Shown: positions 35,023 through 48,300 of the stretch, piece after piece | Layout: each line of letters opens with the position of its first letter | How positions within the stretch are numbered: the stretch's first letter is position 1 | Origin: Welwitschia mirabilis | Taxonomy: Eukaryota | NCBI GenBank assembly: GCA_051453625.1 | Contig: JBOZIK010000001.1 | Location: forward strand, 12,303,674 to 12,352,175 | Length of the DNA stretch: 48,502 bases | Direction: 5' to 3' | The notes under the pieces: model-generated | What the model saw: only the letters and a program-made list of their open reading frames with translations | Told to the model about the DNA's origin: nothing | The model's database searches: none | Position numbers and translations under genes: made by a program

Positions 35023-36675
35023 TTTGAGAAATGATAAATAGATATATGATATTAGCCTAAAAGGTAAGGAACTATACAACATAACTTAAAAGTTATTTTT
35101 TTAAAGCATGGTAAAATCTCTCTGATAGTCAAAGGCCCAAATATTAGCATATAATTTTGTTTAAAAAGTAGCATACCCCAACAAGTTTACAACAAAACGA
35201 TATTCAGAAGACTCTAAAGGTGGGAAATTTTCTAGCCAATTCCTAGGGCTCTGTAATTTTAGGAAATTCATTGAAAGAAGAGTTGAGATTGCTTATCATC
35301 TTTGATGTCCTCCTTTGTCTCCTTTTCTATTTTACCTTTTTTGGTATTCATTCTAATTTTTTTGTCTGTCTGTCCAGTTTTTCAAGTTCTACTAGCTATT
35401 AGTGCATTTAAAACATGCTCCTTTGCATGATTATTATTATCTCTTTCCTCCTATCCCTTTTTCATTTCTGATGGCTATCCTCATTTGGAAGAGCGAACTA
35501 ACATGTTGTAGATGTGCTGTGTGTTCTACTTTTCCTATTTGGCTATTTCCTGTTCATTTCATATTTTATTTTCTTACATTTGTTCTAGTTCTTCCTTTGA
35601 TAGAATATCATATGTATTTGATTAGGAGATTGGATTATTATTTGGGATTAAATATGATCTCTTTTTGCAATCTTTTCTTTTGATTTCTTACTAATCATTT
35701 TTTTCCACTTTCTCATTTTTCTTGCATTTCTCAATCATATGCCCATTTTCACCAGATTTTAAACATTACAATGGAATATTTTCAATTTCTAGATTAAAGA
35801 GTTATTTCCCCCCACATAGTATCCAAAATTAGTTTTGTTGCCTTGAAGCTATCTAGTTTCATTTAAAAACATATTCTAGCCATTACCATTTTTGCCATAA
35901 AATCTATATTCCTATCAAGTTTAACAAACTCTTCTAGCATGTCACCAAGTTGTTTAATGAAATCTAACTGCCATATTTTTAGGTGAAGGTTTTAGATATG
36001 AATCCAAACCTAAATCTACTTAAAAATGCTAAGTTTATCCAGAATGAAAGGGGACCATTTGGTTCGAGCTAAACTCTACATCCAAAAAAATAGGGTCCTT
36101 CAATTAAAACCTTATTCATTTCTTCTTCTGACTCAAAAATAAAATGTAATAATCCATCTCTAAGAGAGATTATCTTGCAACTTGCAAGAAACTTCTTTGC
36201 ACATAATGAACAGGAGCCCTCCTAAGGATTGGAATTTGCCAATGAAGCTATTTTTGAAACGAGCCTCTAGATGCTTAAAGTAGATAATGGACACCTTTTC
36301 ATGGATGATAGCTCCTTTACACTTGAAATCAAAATCTAAGTTAGGGAAACCTTGAGGTTTGCTTCTCCTTATTGAATCCGACTAGGATTTAGTACTCAAT
36401 GATTCTGATATCATTGGAGAACAAAGTCTCTCTTCTGAAAGTGCATTAAAGACATGCTACAATAAGGGTAAAAGGCCCTGAAAACTAAAAAATACCTTCA
36501 TAAAGCCTCTAAGAAAGTGCTTGCATGAAGAAGTCGCAAAAGAGGCAATGCTTCAGCGCATGGAAAATGTGCTAGAGGTGAAACTGCCCCTTTGTCTTCT
36601 AGTGTGTACCATGAAATCCAAACCCTAGCTTCTGTGCCTCGCTTTCCTCTACCTCTATCTACTAATGATTCTTCC
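35023..36675 (-). mobile_element. ORF1-only L1 derivative (half-L1/HAL1-like), copy A, pseudogenised
   Basis: ATG 36414; EARFKNSFIGKF, ISLRDGLLHFIFESEEEMNKVLIEGPYFF (DUF4283-like), KQLGDMLEEFVKLD...MARIC, knuckle CLKSGENGHMIEKC; T-run at the 3' side; flanked by ATACAA(C/T)ATTATTATTT at 35006-35022 and 36676-36692; no ORF2 motifs seen. Confidence 0.8.
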
Positions 36676-36692
36676 ATACAATATTATTATTT

Positions 36693-36866
36693 AAAAATTT
36701 TAGTGACTATGCCTTCTTGAGAAGAGAAACCACAACAATTACCCAAATGAATGATTTTAATTATAGATAGAGCGTTATAGTGTGCTAAGCATGAATTTTA
36801 AATGTTCAAATTCATAATCTCTTTAGCGAAAAATGAAATGCTCCATTAGTTGGACTAATACTCCGT
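36693..36866 (-). mobile_element. SINE-like unit displaced from the 34597-34997 array by the ORF1-only element
   Basis: TTTTAGTGACTATGCCTTCTTGAGAAGAGAAACCAC..CAATTACC...ATGATTTTAA.TATAGATAGAGC matches 34808-34883. Confidence 0.7.
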
Positions 36867-39818
36867 TAGGAAATATAATGATCAACAACTATAACAATTT
36901 CTTTTTTTTAAATTAAATAAACTTTTTAGAATTGAACTTATAACCATAAACTCATGGGAATACTCCTCTACCATTAACTTGCTTTCATGAATGTTGCATT
37001 GATAATGAATATGAGCTTATTAGAAGAGGACCCAACATTCAAAATAAAAATCACTCTCTTTGGAATGTAATAAGATATTACTTTCTTTTCAAGCTATTAA
37101 AGTTGAGGAATGTAGCTATCTTTAAATATAAAATGATTTATTCTTTTCTTTTTTCTTTCAAACTTAATGTAATACCATCTCTCTTTGGTTTTAATCCCTT
37201 TGATAATGTTGTCAAAGAAAATTTATAAGTTTCTGATCTATGTAAACAATGTTTAAATTCTCTGAAGTTTGACAACTTTGTTCTATTTAGAATAGCCTAA
37301 TGATGTATCTTCAATGTTTTTGTTTCTGAAGATGGTTAATAAAGTTATCTTTCCAAACCAAAAAATATAATGATTATATATAATAAGTTACTAAATTATT
37401 ATTAAAGAAACTATTTTTTATATATCTAAAACTTAATTAGAAATTTATTGATGAAAAATAAAAGTCTTTAAATATCTTTATGAAAGAGAAGGGATGTTTT
37501 TCAAAAAATTATAATTCATACCATTTGATCTATATATATTAGGAAATATTAATGGAAGAACTTGTCTTTATTGCACTTTATCTTTAATACAAATCCTTAT
37601 CATAATCTAGCATTCAAAGAGATACCTAAGTAATTTTATTATCTTTAATAAATAGGTTTATATGTTAAACCCACTTCATAATATTAGGGTTACCTTATTG
37701 ATATCTAAATTTGTCTAAAGAGTATCCTTATAAGAATATTGTTTATAATAAAACCCTTAAAATAAATAAAAAATCATTTAATTGGATGATTGTGATGGTC
37801 ATACTCCTATCGAAGGTAAGGACACAAAAAGTTTTAAGTTCAACATCCTTCCATTTATAGTTTTCATAAAGAGAATATTTTGTGGACTTAAGGCTTAATT
37901 AGAGATAGTAAAAAAGAGTTTTGATAAGAGATGGATTTCTAATACTATTTAATAAATATGTTTTAATTTGATGAGTAAAATAGATCACTAACACTAAAAT
38001 TGAATAAACCTTACATAAGAAACTAAGAACATTAAACCAAAAGGATAACTTACATTTAAAAGGAAGACATGTTTGTGTGATTAGTTAAGAGTGATAAATG
38101 ATGTAGGACTATATAAGAACATTCTTAACCTTTAGTGATGATTATCATATTATTTCTGAAGAAATTTCATATTTTATAATTTTAAAGATAATTTTCTCAG
38201 AAGTATGATCAAAATCAAATAAGACTTGGGTTGTGAAAGTTAACAAAGTTCATTCACATGTAAAGAGATCAATAATTTCACTACTAGAATGTTCGTTAGA
38301 GGAGTCTATTCCTAAAAATAAAATTTTAAAGTATTAAAAAAAGTATTCAAAATTAGTCTATAGTGGTATTATATTCACATCCTAATATTTTTTAGATAAG
38401 GAGGTAGTTAGAAAAGTCATGTGTTCTTTTAGAAAAAATGGTGTATGTTTTGTGATAAGTCTAGAGATTACCACAAATTCAAATGTTCTATTAACAAGTG
38501 ACTAGAAGAAGTATTCCACTTCATAGGTGTTTAATACTTCTAAATGAATGCTTATTCTTTATTAATAAGGAAGGAATTAAAATTTATCTTATATATTTTC
38601 AAATGTCATATAGTGCCTCTATAGAAGAAATGGAAAAGAGAACTTTAGTTAAGAGTATGTATTTCATCATAACATTTCTTATTTTGCATCTAATAGTAGA
38701 TGTCATAAAATGTTAAGATTAATAAGAGGTGGATATAACTAAGTTATGATGAAGTAACTATAGAAATTACAAAGGTTATCAATTTGTACCACCAACTACT
38801 ATTTTTGTAATATGCTTTACAGTACTCACTTAGTTATGTATTTTGTGTGATAAACCATAGAGTTCCTAAATGAAGTTTATGAAGCTTAATATTTTAGTAT
38901 TCTACTGTATTCATACATTTTCAAGTTATCTCCTAGTGCATAATAACATGTTTTTGAAGTAAGATAAAATTTTAAAGAAAGAAGAGTAGTCCATGGATTT
39001 ATTAACATGTGTAGTCAATTCAACTTTGTGTAAAAGAATCATTTTTATACTATTGTTTATACTCTTCTATTTTCTAGGTATAAGACTTCTTGAATTCGTT
39101 AGCCTTATAATTTCACTTTTTAAAACACACTATATAATAGTTGATGAGAATATATTATTAGAATCCTTATTGACGGTAGGACATGACAAAATTGTATAAG
39201 TTAAACTAGAAGAAAGCAATGTGGATTATATCTAAGAAGGTAAAGAGTGAAATATTAAGAGATCATCTCCATCATAGAAAACACACTTTTGAGGTTTTTG
39301 ATAAATATAGATAATGGAGAAATATTTGCTTAATAAAGCATAAAATGGATGTTAGAAAGTTGCAAAAACAAAATAGGGATTTCATGAAGAATCTTAAGAG
39401 AGTAATTTTGTGATAGCAATAAGAAGTTGAAAAAAGTATAATAGTAGTTCAAAAATCTTAAAACCAAAGTTAAAGGATTATTTCTTCATTATTTATAAAA
39501 AGTTTTATGTTGATCATATTACTAACTACAACCTCTTAGTGGGTTAGTACTTGATAGAAGAAATTTGAAAATTAAAAAAAAAATTTTTTATTTATGTAAT
39601 AATAATGATGAACTGAAGAGTAAAATAAAAGTCTTACCTAGAAAACTTGGTTTCATTTATGACAAAGAACAAAAATGTAGAATTTGAATTGATAAAAGCA
39701 CTAAGTAAGCTTCATAAAAAATGAGATGCTCATTAGCCTATAAAATATGAGTTCAAAAGCTTGAAAAGTAAATTGTAGATTTAAAGATACCTTCACTATA
39801 ATTGATAGGAATAAATGG

Positions 39819-41476
39819 TTTTTTTTTTTAAAGAAACAATAGACTAATATATTATATTATCATAAAAGTCAAGAAAAGATACAACATAGCTTAAAAGCTA
39901 TATTTTTAAGCATATTAGAAATCCCTCTAATAATCAGAGCCCTAAATATCAGCATCTAATTTTATCAAAAAAATGGCATATCCCAATGGGTTTATAATGA
40001 AATGGTATTTACAAAACTCCAAAAGTGGGAATTTTTTTGGCCAATCTGAAGGCCTCTATGATTTCAAAAAATTCATTGGAAGGAGAGTTGAGATTGCTTA
40101 CCATCTTGGATCTCCTACTTTGTCTCCCTTTTAATTTTACCTTTTTTGGTATTCATTCTAATTTTTCTATATAGTTTTTAAGTTTTGCTAGCTGCTGATG
40201 CATCTGAAATATGCTCCTCTACATGGTTATCATTCTCTCTTTTCTCCTGACCCATTTTCATTTCTGATAGCTATTCTAATTTGGAAGATGGAATTAACAT
40301 GTCATAGACGTGCTCTGTGTGTTGGATTTCCTATTTGGCTATTTCTCATTCATTTTATTTTTGTTTTCCTACATCTATTTTAGTTCTTCCTCTAAAAAAA
40401 AATCATATTCATTTGCTTGGAAGATTGGATCATTATTTGGGATTGAGGCTAGTTTCTTTTTGTGATCTTTCTTCTTAACTTCTTGCTAGTCATTTTTTCC
40501 CCTTTCTCATTTTTCTTGCATTTCTCCACTATATGCCCATTTTCATCACACTTCGAACATTGTAACAATATATTTTTGATTTCTAAGTTAAAAATCGATT
40601 CCCCCCACACAATATCTAAGATTAGTTTTTACTTTAAAGCTATTTGGTTTCATGTAAATACATATTCTAACTGTTGCTATTTTTGTCATTAAATCTGTAT
40701 TCTTGTCAAGTTTAACAAACTATCCCAACATATCACCAAATTACTTCAAGAAATCTGGGTGTCATACTTCCAGGTGAGGGTTTGAGATATGAATCCAAAC
40801 CGAGATCTTTTCAAAAATGGTGGGCTTTTCAAGAATGAAAGGGGATCATTTGGTTAGGGCTAAACCTTTATGGCCAAAAAAATAGGGCCTTCTTGCTAAA
40901 ACCTTATTCATTTCTTCTTAAAACTAAACAATGAAATGTAATAATCTATATCTAAGAGGGATTACCTTATAACTTGTAGGGAACTTATTATTGCACTATA
41001 GACATACTTTTTAAATGGACAGGAGCCATCCTAAGGATTAGAATTTGCCCATGATGCTATTTCTGAAACGAGCCTCCAGATGCTTAAAGTAGTAAATGGA
41101 CATCTTTGCATGGATGATATTTTCTTCATGCTTAAAACCAGACTATAAGTTAGGAAAGCTTTGAGGTTTGCTTTTCCTAATGAATTCGCATAAGATTTAG
41201 TACCCCATGATTCTATTGCCATTGAAGAATAGAGTCTTGCTTCTAAAAGCACATTGAAAACACATTACATCAAGGGCAAAAAAACCCTCAAAACTGAAAA
41301 CTACCTCCAGAAAGCCTCCAAGAAAGCCCTTGCACTGAGAAGCCACTAAAGAGGCAATGCTCTAACGCATGGAAGACATGCCAGAGGTGAAACTGCCCCT
41401 CTGTTTGCTACCACGTATCCTGAAATCCAAGCCCTAGCTTTACTGCTCCACTCCCTTCCCCCTGTTCTACCATTGA
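39819..41476 (-). mobile_element. ORF1-only L1 derivative (half-L1/HAL1-like), copy B, pseudogenised
   Basis: Collinear with 35023-36675 end to end; ATG 41222 (MAIESWGTKSYANS), EARFRNSIMGKF, intact CX2CX4HX4C knuckle CSKCDENGHIVEKC (40559-40518); T11 at 39819-39829 (poly-A tail on minus strand). Confidence 0.8.
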
Positions 41477-42371
41477 CAAATCTTTTTAATAGTTTATCTT
41501 TAATTTTCTTCTATCATTGATGCACTTATGATTACGCTAATACATTAATGATCTTGAATATTCTTGAAATGGTTTCAAGTTTATGAAAGATTTTGTCAAA
41601 TAATTTTCAAAGGGAAAACCACTTCTATTATCCAAGTTACAAGAAAGGTAAAAAAAGCAATGCAAATAAGAATAAAAGAGATGGGCCTATATACTAATAT
41701 GTTAAGTTGTTGAATTCTCTGATGGAAGAATGCAATAATTCATATTTAGTAAATATATGAGATATACATATTTCGTAGGCTATAGTTAATGAACATTTAA
41801 TGAGAATAATATTTTGCTTAAAAAATGTTTTAAATTACTTTATTTTTCATTTTATATTTACTAGAATTTATAAAAATGTAATAATATTAATTTTGAGTTT
41901 CCTTTATGCTACTTAGGGAATAACTTTAAGTGATATGGTGATGAACAAAGTTGAGGAACAAAAATTTTTTTTTTTTTTGTTTTACAATAGAACTTGTAAG
42001 CAAATTTTTAAATAATAAAGTACTGCATATTAGGTTGTTGGTTTTTTATACAAGAAACTTATGGTTTCATGAAGGATTGTCTTAATCCTATGTATAATGG
42101 AAAAGGTCATGATCCTATAATGATCACTAAGTAATATAAAGATAAATAAAATATGTAATGATAAATCTTTAGGATTAACTATAATAAATAAAATTAATAA
42201 TAATTAAAAACTATGATGAAACTAAAATAGAAGGGAAAAGGGAAAAAAACAAATGATACTACATTAGATTTCAATTTAGCAAACAAATGGATTATAATGT
42301 ATAATAAAAATAAAGTATGATTTTATGAATATTAAAATTAATTTCAACAATTCATTAGTATTCTGGGCCAA

Positions 42372-42556
42372 TGAGGTGGTAGCTCAAGTGGTGGAATGCT
42401 TGTCCTCCATTCTAAACTTGTGAGTTTAAATATTTAAATGGTGTACTTGGTATACTATAAGAACCTAGGTATAATTAAAAATTTGTAAAGATGATCATGG
42501 TGGCTTTACTTAAAAGAGAATTTATAATTACTGTAAGTTTTAAGTTTAACAACCCG
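42372..42556 (+). mobile_element. SINE-like copy with best-preserved A box
   Basis: TAGCTCAAGTGG at 42380-42391 fits the Pol III A box TRGCNNARYGG; body GATGATCATGGT...AATTACTGTAAGTTTTAAGTTTAACA. Confidence 0.65.
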
Positions 42557-43159
42557 TTTCTCCCAATTATTGTTAATGAACATTCAATGAAGAGAATATT
42601 TTTCTAAAAATATAAATGTTCTATGTTAATTTGTTTTCTATTTGTATTTACTAACTATAAAAAAAATTATTTTTGAGTTTCCTTTATGCTCATTAGGGAA
42701 AAACTTTAAGTGATACAGTGATGAACAAAGTTGAACATTATAATAATCTTTTCCTTTTTGTTTCACTATAGTACTTGTAATAAATTTTTAAATAATAAAG
42801 TATTGCATATCAAGTTATTATACTTTTTTAGAAGGAACTTATGATTGCATGAAGGCTTCTCCTAGTCCTAGGTATAATGGATAAGGTCATGATCCTATAA
42901 TAATCACAAAATAATATAAAGATAAATAAAATTTTTAATTCTAAATCTTTAGGATTAACTAGTAATAAACAATAAACAAAATCAATAATAATAAAAAATT
43001 CTCATGAATCTAAAATAGAAGGAAAAAGGGGAAAAAAAATCAAATAATGATATATGAGTTTCAATATAGTAAACAAATGGACTATAATGTATAATGACAA
43101 GAAAAGTATGATTTTGTGAATGTTGAAATTAATCCCTAAAATTAATTAGTATTTTAGGC

Positions 43160-43350
43160 TAATGCAATAGTAGCTCAACTGGTGGAACAATTATCCTCCA
43201 TTCTAAAGCTTATGGCTTCAAATATTTTAATGACCTACTTGGAACACTATAGGAACCTAAGCATAATTTCAAATTTGTGAAGGTGATCATGGTGGCTTTA
43301 CTTGAATGCAAGCTCATAATTATTATAAGTTTCAAGTTTGACATTCGATT
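43160..43350 (+). mobile_element. SINE-like copy in second unit of the 787-bp duplication
   Basis: TAGCTCAACTGG A-box-like head, GGCTTCAAAT B-box-like, GGTGATCATGGTGG...AAGTTTCAAGTTTGACAT body. Confidence 0.65.
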
Positions 43351-43424
43351 TCCTCCAGTTAGCATTTTACATGATAGATTATACAAATTCATTCATGAAA
43401 AATTAATGTAATGTCTTTTGCTAG

Positions 43425-44501
43425 TGTTGCGCTACAAACTTACGTATATTTGATAGGGTATTCTAAAGTTATTTTGTAGGTAAATAGATAGGTAAATGGT
43501 CGGTTGTCATGATAATGGAGAGATAAAATGAAAAAGATGGAAATATGCAATCTCCATGATAAATTACAAGCATCTTGAGTAAATATAAATAATCTGTATT
43601 TTTGATGATAACTTCCTACAAACAATAAGGCTGATGCACTGATTAAAAATTTATTGAAAACCATCATCCACCTCATCGTCTAGACAATAGGACAATGACC
43701 ATGCCAACTGGATGCTGACTAAGGTCTGACTGACAGCTGATGTGGATTTGATCATGAGGTGGCATCGTCTCCTTTATTATCCAGATGACTAGCCGAACGA
43801 CACTGATTATAATGCCTGCATTAAATGTTCACCTAAATTTCGTTGCTTGTACTCCGATTCCTTTCTGTGTGGCCGTTAAGTTTTACCCATGCTTTTCTGT
43901 CTATTCTATTTCATGTTTTGAATCAATAAATAGAGTCTTCCCCTCAACTTCTCCTTGTCTTCATTTGCACCCAACATTTTCGTGACATGAGATCAAAGGG
44001 CCGGAGAACCATCTCGTAGTTTCAAAAATAAGTTTTCTTGGTGTTGGACAGTGTTTCCTCCATTGAGGTACAACTAATTTATAACATGGATGTGGTGTGA
44101 TTTCTAATATAAAACATTTCTTTTTGTGCTTCAATGTATGAATGGTCTTCTCTCTCATAGTTTATGTTGCTTGAGATTTGGTGACAGTTTCTTTTGTGAT
44201 ATAGGTTATAAGGACAACCTTGGTCAAGGTTGTGCTTGGATAGTTTAGGTGTGTTATTATTTCCTCTTCCTATATTAGCCTTGCACAAGTGTATTTCATT
44301 TCATTTTCATGTTTTGTAAGTTATTTTTATAGGTTAAGTTATAGTTTTTCTCTCTTAAAATCAACTCTCTTATTTCTATATTTTGGCCTTTGACGGATTA
44401 CGACATTCGGGTTACTCCCATCTATTGTGTTTGTGCATATTATTTATGATTAATAAGATTCTACTTAGGACATAAACATTACATAAATTTGTACTGCAAC
44501 A
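43425..44501 (+). mobile_element. 5' LTR of Athila-like Ty3/gypsy element (1077 bp)
   Basis: Starts TGTTGC (43425) and ends GCAACA (44501), a perfect 6-bp terminal inverted repeat, immediately followed by a PBS and gag-pol remnants. Confidence 0.75.
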
Positions 44502-44503
44502 TT

Positions 44504-44521
44504 TGGTGCCATTACTAGGGA
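44504..44521 (+). mobile_element. Primer binding site (degenerate tRNA-Asp type, as in Athila)
   Basis: TGGTGCCATTACTAGGGA versus TGGCGCCGTTGCCGGGGA; differences are all C>T/G>A transitions; 2 bp after the LTR end. Confidence 0.7.
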
Positions 44522-45339
44522 AGGTTACTTGGAGTTTGAGATTTGTCATTTCTTCAGTAAGTATTTCAGCTCAAATTCTTACTGTAGCAGTGGTGTAACA
44601 GTACCTACAGTAGCATGGGTTTCCCATTTTTGCAAAGTTAGTTTTCTGTTTTTTGAATTGAAGTCTATTTTTTTGTTGTATAATAAATGTTCATTATCTG
44701 CTTCATCGTCCAGATGAGACATGGCGACGACGGCCTCTATGCTGTGAGCTTTCTGTTTTAGTTTTTCTATTAAATTTTTAGAATTTTAGTCACATCATCC
44801 CCTTTGTTATCTAAATGACTCAGGTGGATGGCAGTCTGTTTTCTAAGTTTTCTTGTCAAGAGCCAGTTTTTCATTTTCATTTTTTACTTTTTCTTTTCTT
44901 ATGGTTTCTGTGTTTCTGTCATCTAAGATATCGTCCAGATGATGATAGGGATGATACTTTCATAGATCTGAGATTAAACATGAATGGTTAAATCTAATAA
45001 AATAGAAAAATACCAGAGAGAGTAGCTATTGATTCCTGAAAATATCAAATAAAGTTTGATAAATCTTAAAATAGAAATAGGTAAAAATAGTGAAGGTACA
45101 TAAGATTTTGAATTTCCTGCAATTTCCACTTCTATTTCTGTAGAGTTTGATTTTTCTACCATGTTGATCTTAGCCTAAAACCTTAAACAACCTACTTCTC
45201 CAAATTCACTTCTTGTCATTAGAAGCCTTACTTCCACTCCTTCTCCGACTAGTATTCATGTCACTCTTAGAGATCTTATAGTGAATAAAAAAATTATAAT
45301 CCGAACTCCTTTTGACTTACCTCCCGGTGATGATGTAGA

Positions 45340-48300
45340 ACTCTATAACTTAAATGCTTATCCTACCTTTAGTGGAGAACCTAATGAAGATCCTTTACAA
45401 CACATCAATGATATAAAATAAATTTTTCTTAAAAAAGAAAGTATAAGTGATAGAACTTCCATGGTTATCTTTCCCATCACTTTGAGAGATAAAGCAAAAC
45501 TATGACTTAAAATGATTCCTCACAAAGGTCTAAAATTTTAGAGTCAAGTTGAAGAAGCATTCATTAAGATATTAATGAGTGAAACCATCATACAAAAATG
45601 TAAGAAAGAAGCTACAAGCTTTTAAAAAATGGCTAACAAAGATTATGCCTCTACCTATGAGAGATTTTTTATTTATTTACATTCAAACCTTATGGATGCC
45701 TTTACATAGGTAGAACTAGTTGACTATTTTTACAATGGAATAAATAATCATACAAAGCAACTTGTAAATTTTTCTTATGGAGGCAACTTATTGAACTAAA
45801 CCCTAAATGATGCTTGAAAAGTATTAAAAAATTTGATAGAAGTGAGTCAAACACGGCCTAAACCCTCATCTAGAGAGAACTAAACTATAGACTAAATCAT
45901 TAAAGATCTAAAAGAGGTAAAATATGAGAAGAATAAAATAAGAACAAAAAATGAACCAACTAATGTCATTAAAGATTTTACTTTACATTAGAAAAATAAC
46001 CCAAATGATTCTTGATGCTAAAGTGGCAACTAAAAAGAGTGAAGTTGTAGTTTTGACTAGTGATTTATATGAATATAGCTACCATATTACAAAAAAATTT
46101 CCCTTGTTTCCCACTTATAAAGAAAAAATTTATGAGGAAGTTTATGTTTTTAACTAAATAATTTTAAACTACAACCAAAATCATAACCAAAGATAAGTCC
46201 AAAATTAGAATAACTTTTAACATAGGATGAGTGAACAACCAAACTTTAGAAATTTTCAAACACATCATCATAACTTCCAATCTTTTAGAAATAGATTTGA
46301 GAATTCAAACTTTTAATCCAATAACTTAAACAACTTGGCAAGCCCATTCAACACCCACAACCATAGTGATCCTCTTAGGAATTCTATTAAGGAGTTAAAA
46401 AAAATATAAAAAAGACAAATACCAACATAGAAAACCTTATGAGTATTTTATAATAAACTATTCTTACCAACCAAAGATCATAAGAGTCTTTTCTCATTCA
46501 ACCTTTACTGAACCCTAATGAAGTAAAAAAAGATTATAAGGTAGTGATAAGAAGTATAAATGACATAACTCCTCCTATCCATGAGGCTTCAACATTACAA
46601 AGTGACAAGAATGATGAGGAAGAAGACATAAAAATATTAGAAAACCATCCTTTTTCTTTTTCATTAAGTAATAAAAAAAAGATCCTTCACAAAAGAAATC
46701 TGCTATCCCATGGCTTGATAGGTTTAATAAAATCCCATTTTTGATGATTATTTGAAAGCCTTAATGTAAAATATGACTATCAACTTATTATTTTGAAAAA
46801 TTTTACAAGAAAACCCAAGATATTCTAAGCTATGAAAAAACTTAATAAGAAGAAAACAAAAATGAGTCATCCCTAGTAAAGTTTTCTTAGCTCAATCCAT
46901 TAACAATTCAGTGTGCCAAAAATGTCCAAAGTTTAAAGATTCAGGGGGGCAATAACTATGAATGTCACTTTAGAAGAAAATCATAGAATAAAGAAAGCCT
47001 TGATAGAAATTAGAGCTAGTTTCAACATTATTCCCTTACACATTTGTCAATGACTTGGTTTGGAAGAAAGAGTAGAATCTACATGTATTATCTTAAAGTA
47101 AGCCAATACTTCTATGAAAAAATCATTAGGTATGATCAAGGAGTTTGTCATTCAGATAGAAGAAGCTTTATATCCCATTAATGTAGTTATTTTAGAAGTT
47201 GAGCACTATGGTGGATATCCATTACTTTTAGGTAAAGCTTTCTGTGTAACAGTCCCCTATATCATAGATACAAGAAGCAAATTGATGAATTACCATTTTA
47301 AGAATAAAATTTTTTTAATAATAGTATTTGATGCAGCTAAAAAAGCTTTACTCAATGATTTAAATTTAAAGGAAGAAATTAGATCAACTCTATTTTTACA
47401 ACACTATCACCTTAAGAAAAGATAGTTTATGCTTCAAAAACCAATCCAGTTTAATGATAAATAGAAAGTAGACTACCTATTTATTTTTAATGATCAACTT
47501 GGGTTTGATCATCTGACAACTAAGTTTTCTGATCTAGAGGGTAGTGAATCTGAGTTTTTCAACTGTGTAGAAGTCTAGGAATTTAGCAGACTTAAGATTT
47601 CTTATGTTGAGGGGAGGTCTCCAGTATTGACATCCAGATGATAGTCTATTCTTTTGAGAATTTTCCATAAACCAAAAATCTAATCTTAAACCTTTAGATA
47701 GTGGAACGAAATATATTTTTTTGAACACTAACCTAAACAAAACATTGACTCTTAGCAAAATACTTACTCCTTAATAATAATTAAGTCTTATCTATTTTTT
47801 ACAATATAGAGTAGATGCATTTGCTTAGTTACATAATGATTTAACAACCATACCCACTTTCATTGTGTAACATAAAAACTACCTCAAAGAAAATGCTAAA
47901 CCTATAAGGTAACCTTAATGTAGCCTCAATTGAACTTTTAAACAAATAGTAAAAGATGAAATCATAAAACTTAAGGATGATGGAATCAATTACTCCATTA
48001 TTAATAGTGAGTGGATTAGCTCCTTGATGATAGTTCTTAAAAAGGATGGAAGAGGATGCATGTGCATAGACTTTCAAAAACTAAATAACGTTACCTTTTC
48101 TTGATTAGATTCTTTATAAGATTCAAGGTCATGCTTTCTGTTATTTCCTTAATGATTATAGTGAATATAATCAAGTTTGCATTATTAGAGAGAACTAAGC
48201 CAAAATTACTTTCACTTCTCCTTTTTGTACTTTTTCTTTTATATGCATGCCTTTTGGACTGTGCAACGCTCCTAATAACTTTTTGTGTGCTATGATGGGT

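Larger units (their letters stand above)
41785..43361. repeat. ~787-bp tandem duplication (41785-42571 and 42572-43361), each unit ending in a SINE-like copy
   Basis: Both units start GTTAATGAACATT(T/C)AATGA and share GAGTTTCCTTTATGCT, GTGATGAACAAAGTTGA, AAGGTCATGATCCTATAA, AAACAAATGGA.TATAATGTATAAT. Confidence 0.9.

Noticed and set aside
37900-39400. Possible very old copia RT/RNase H remnant (SHPNIF, EVVRKVM, AMWI, HHRKH-like peptides)
   Set aside because: Motifs too eroded to support a call without an HMM search.
35402-40692. Plus-strand hydrophobic ORFs 35402..35683, 40198..40383, 40462..40692
   Set aside because: Antisense readings of the A-rich ORF1 tail of the LINE-derived elements.
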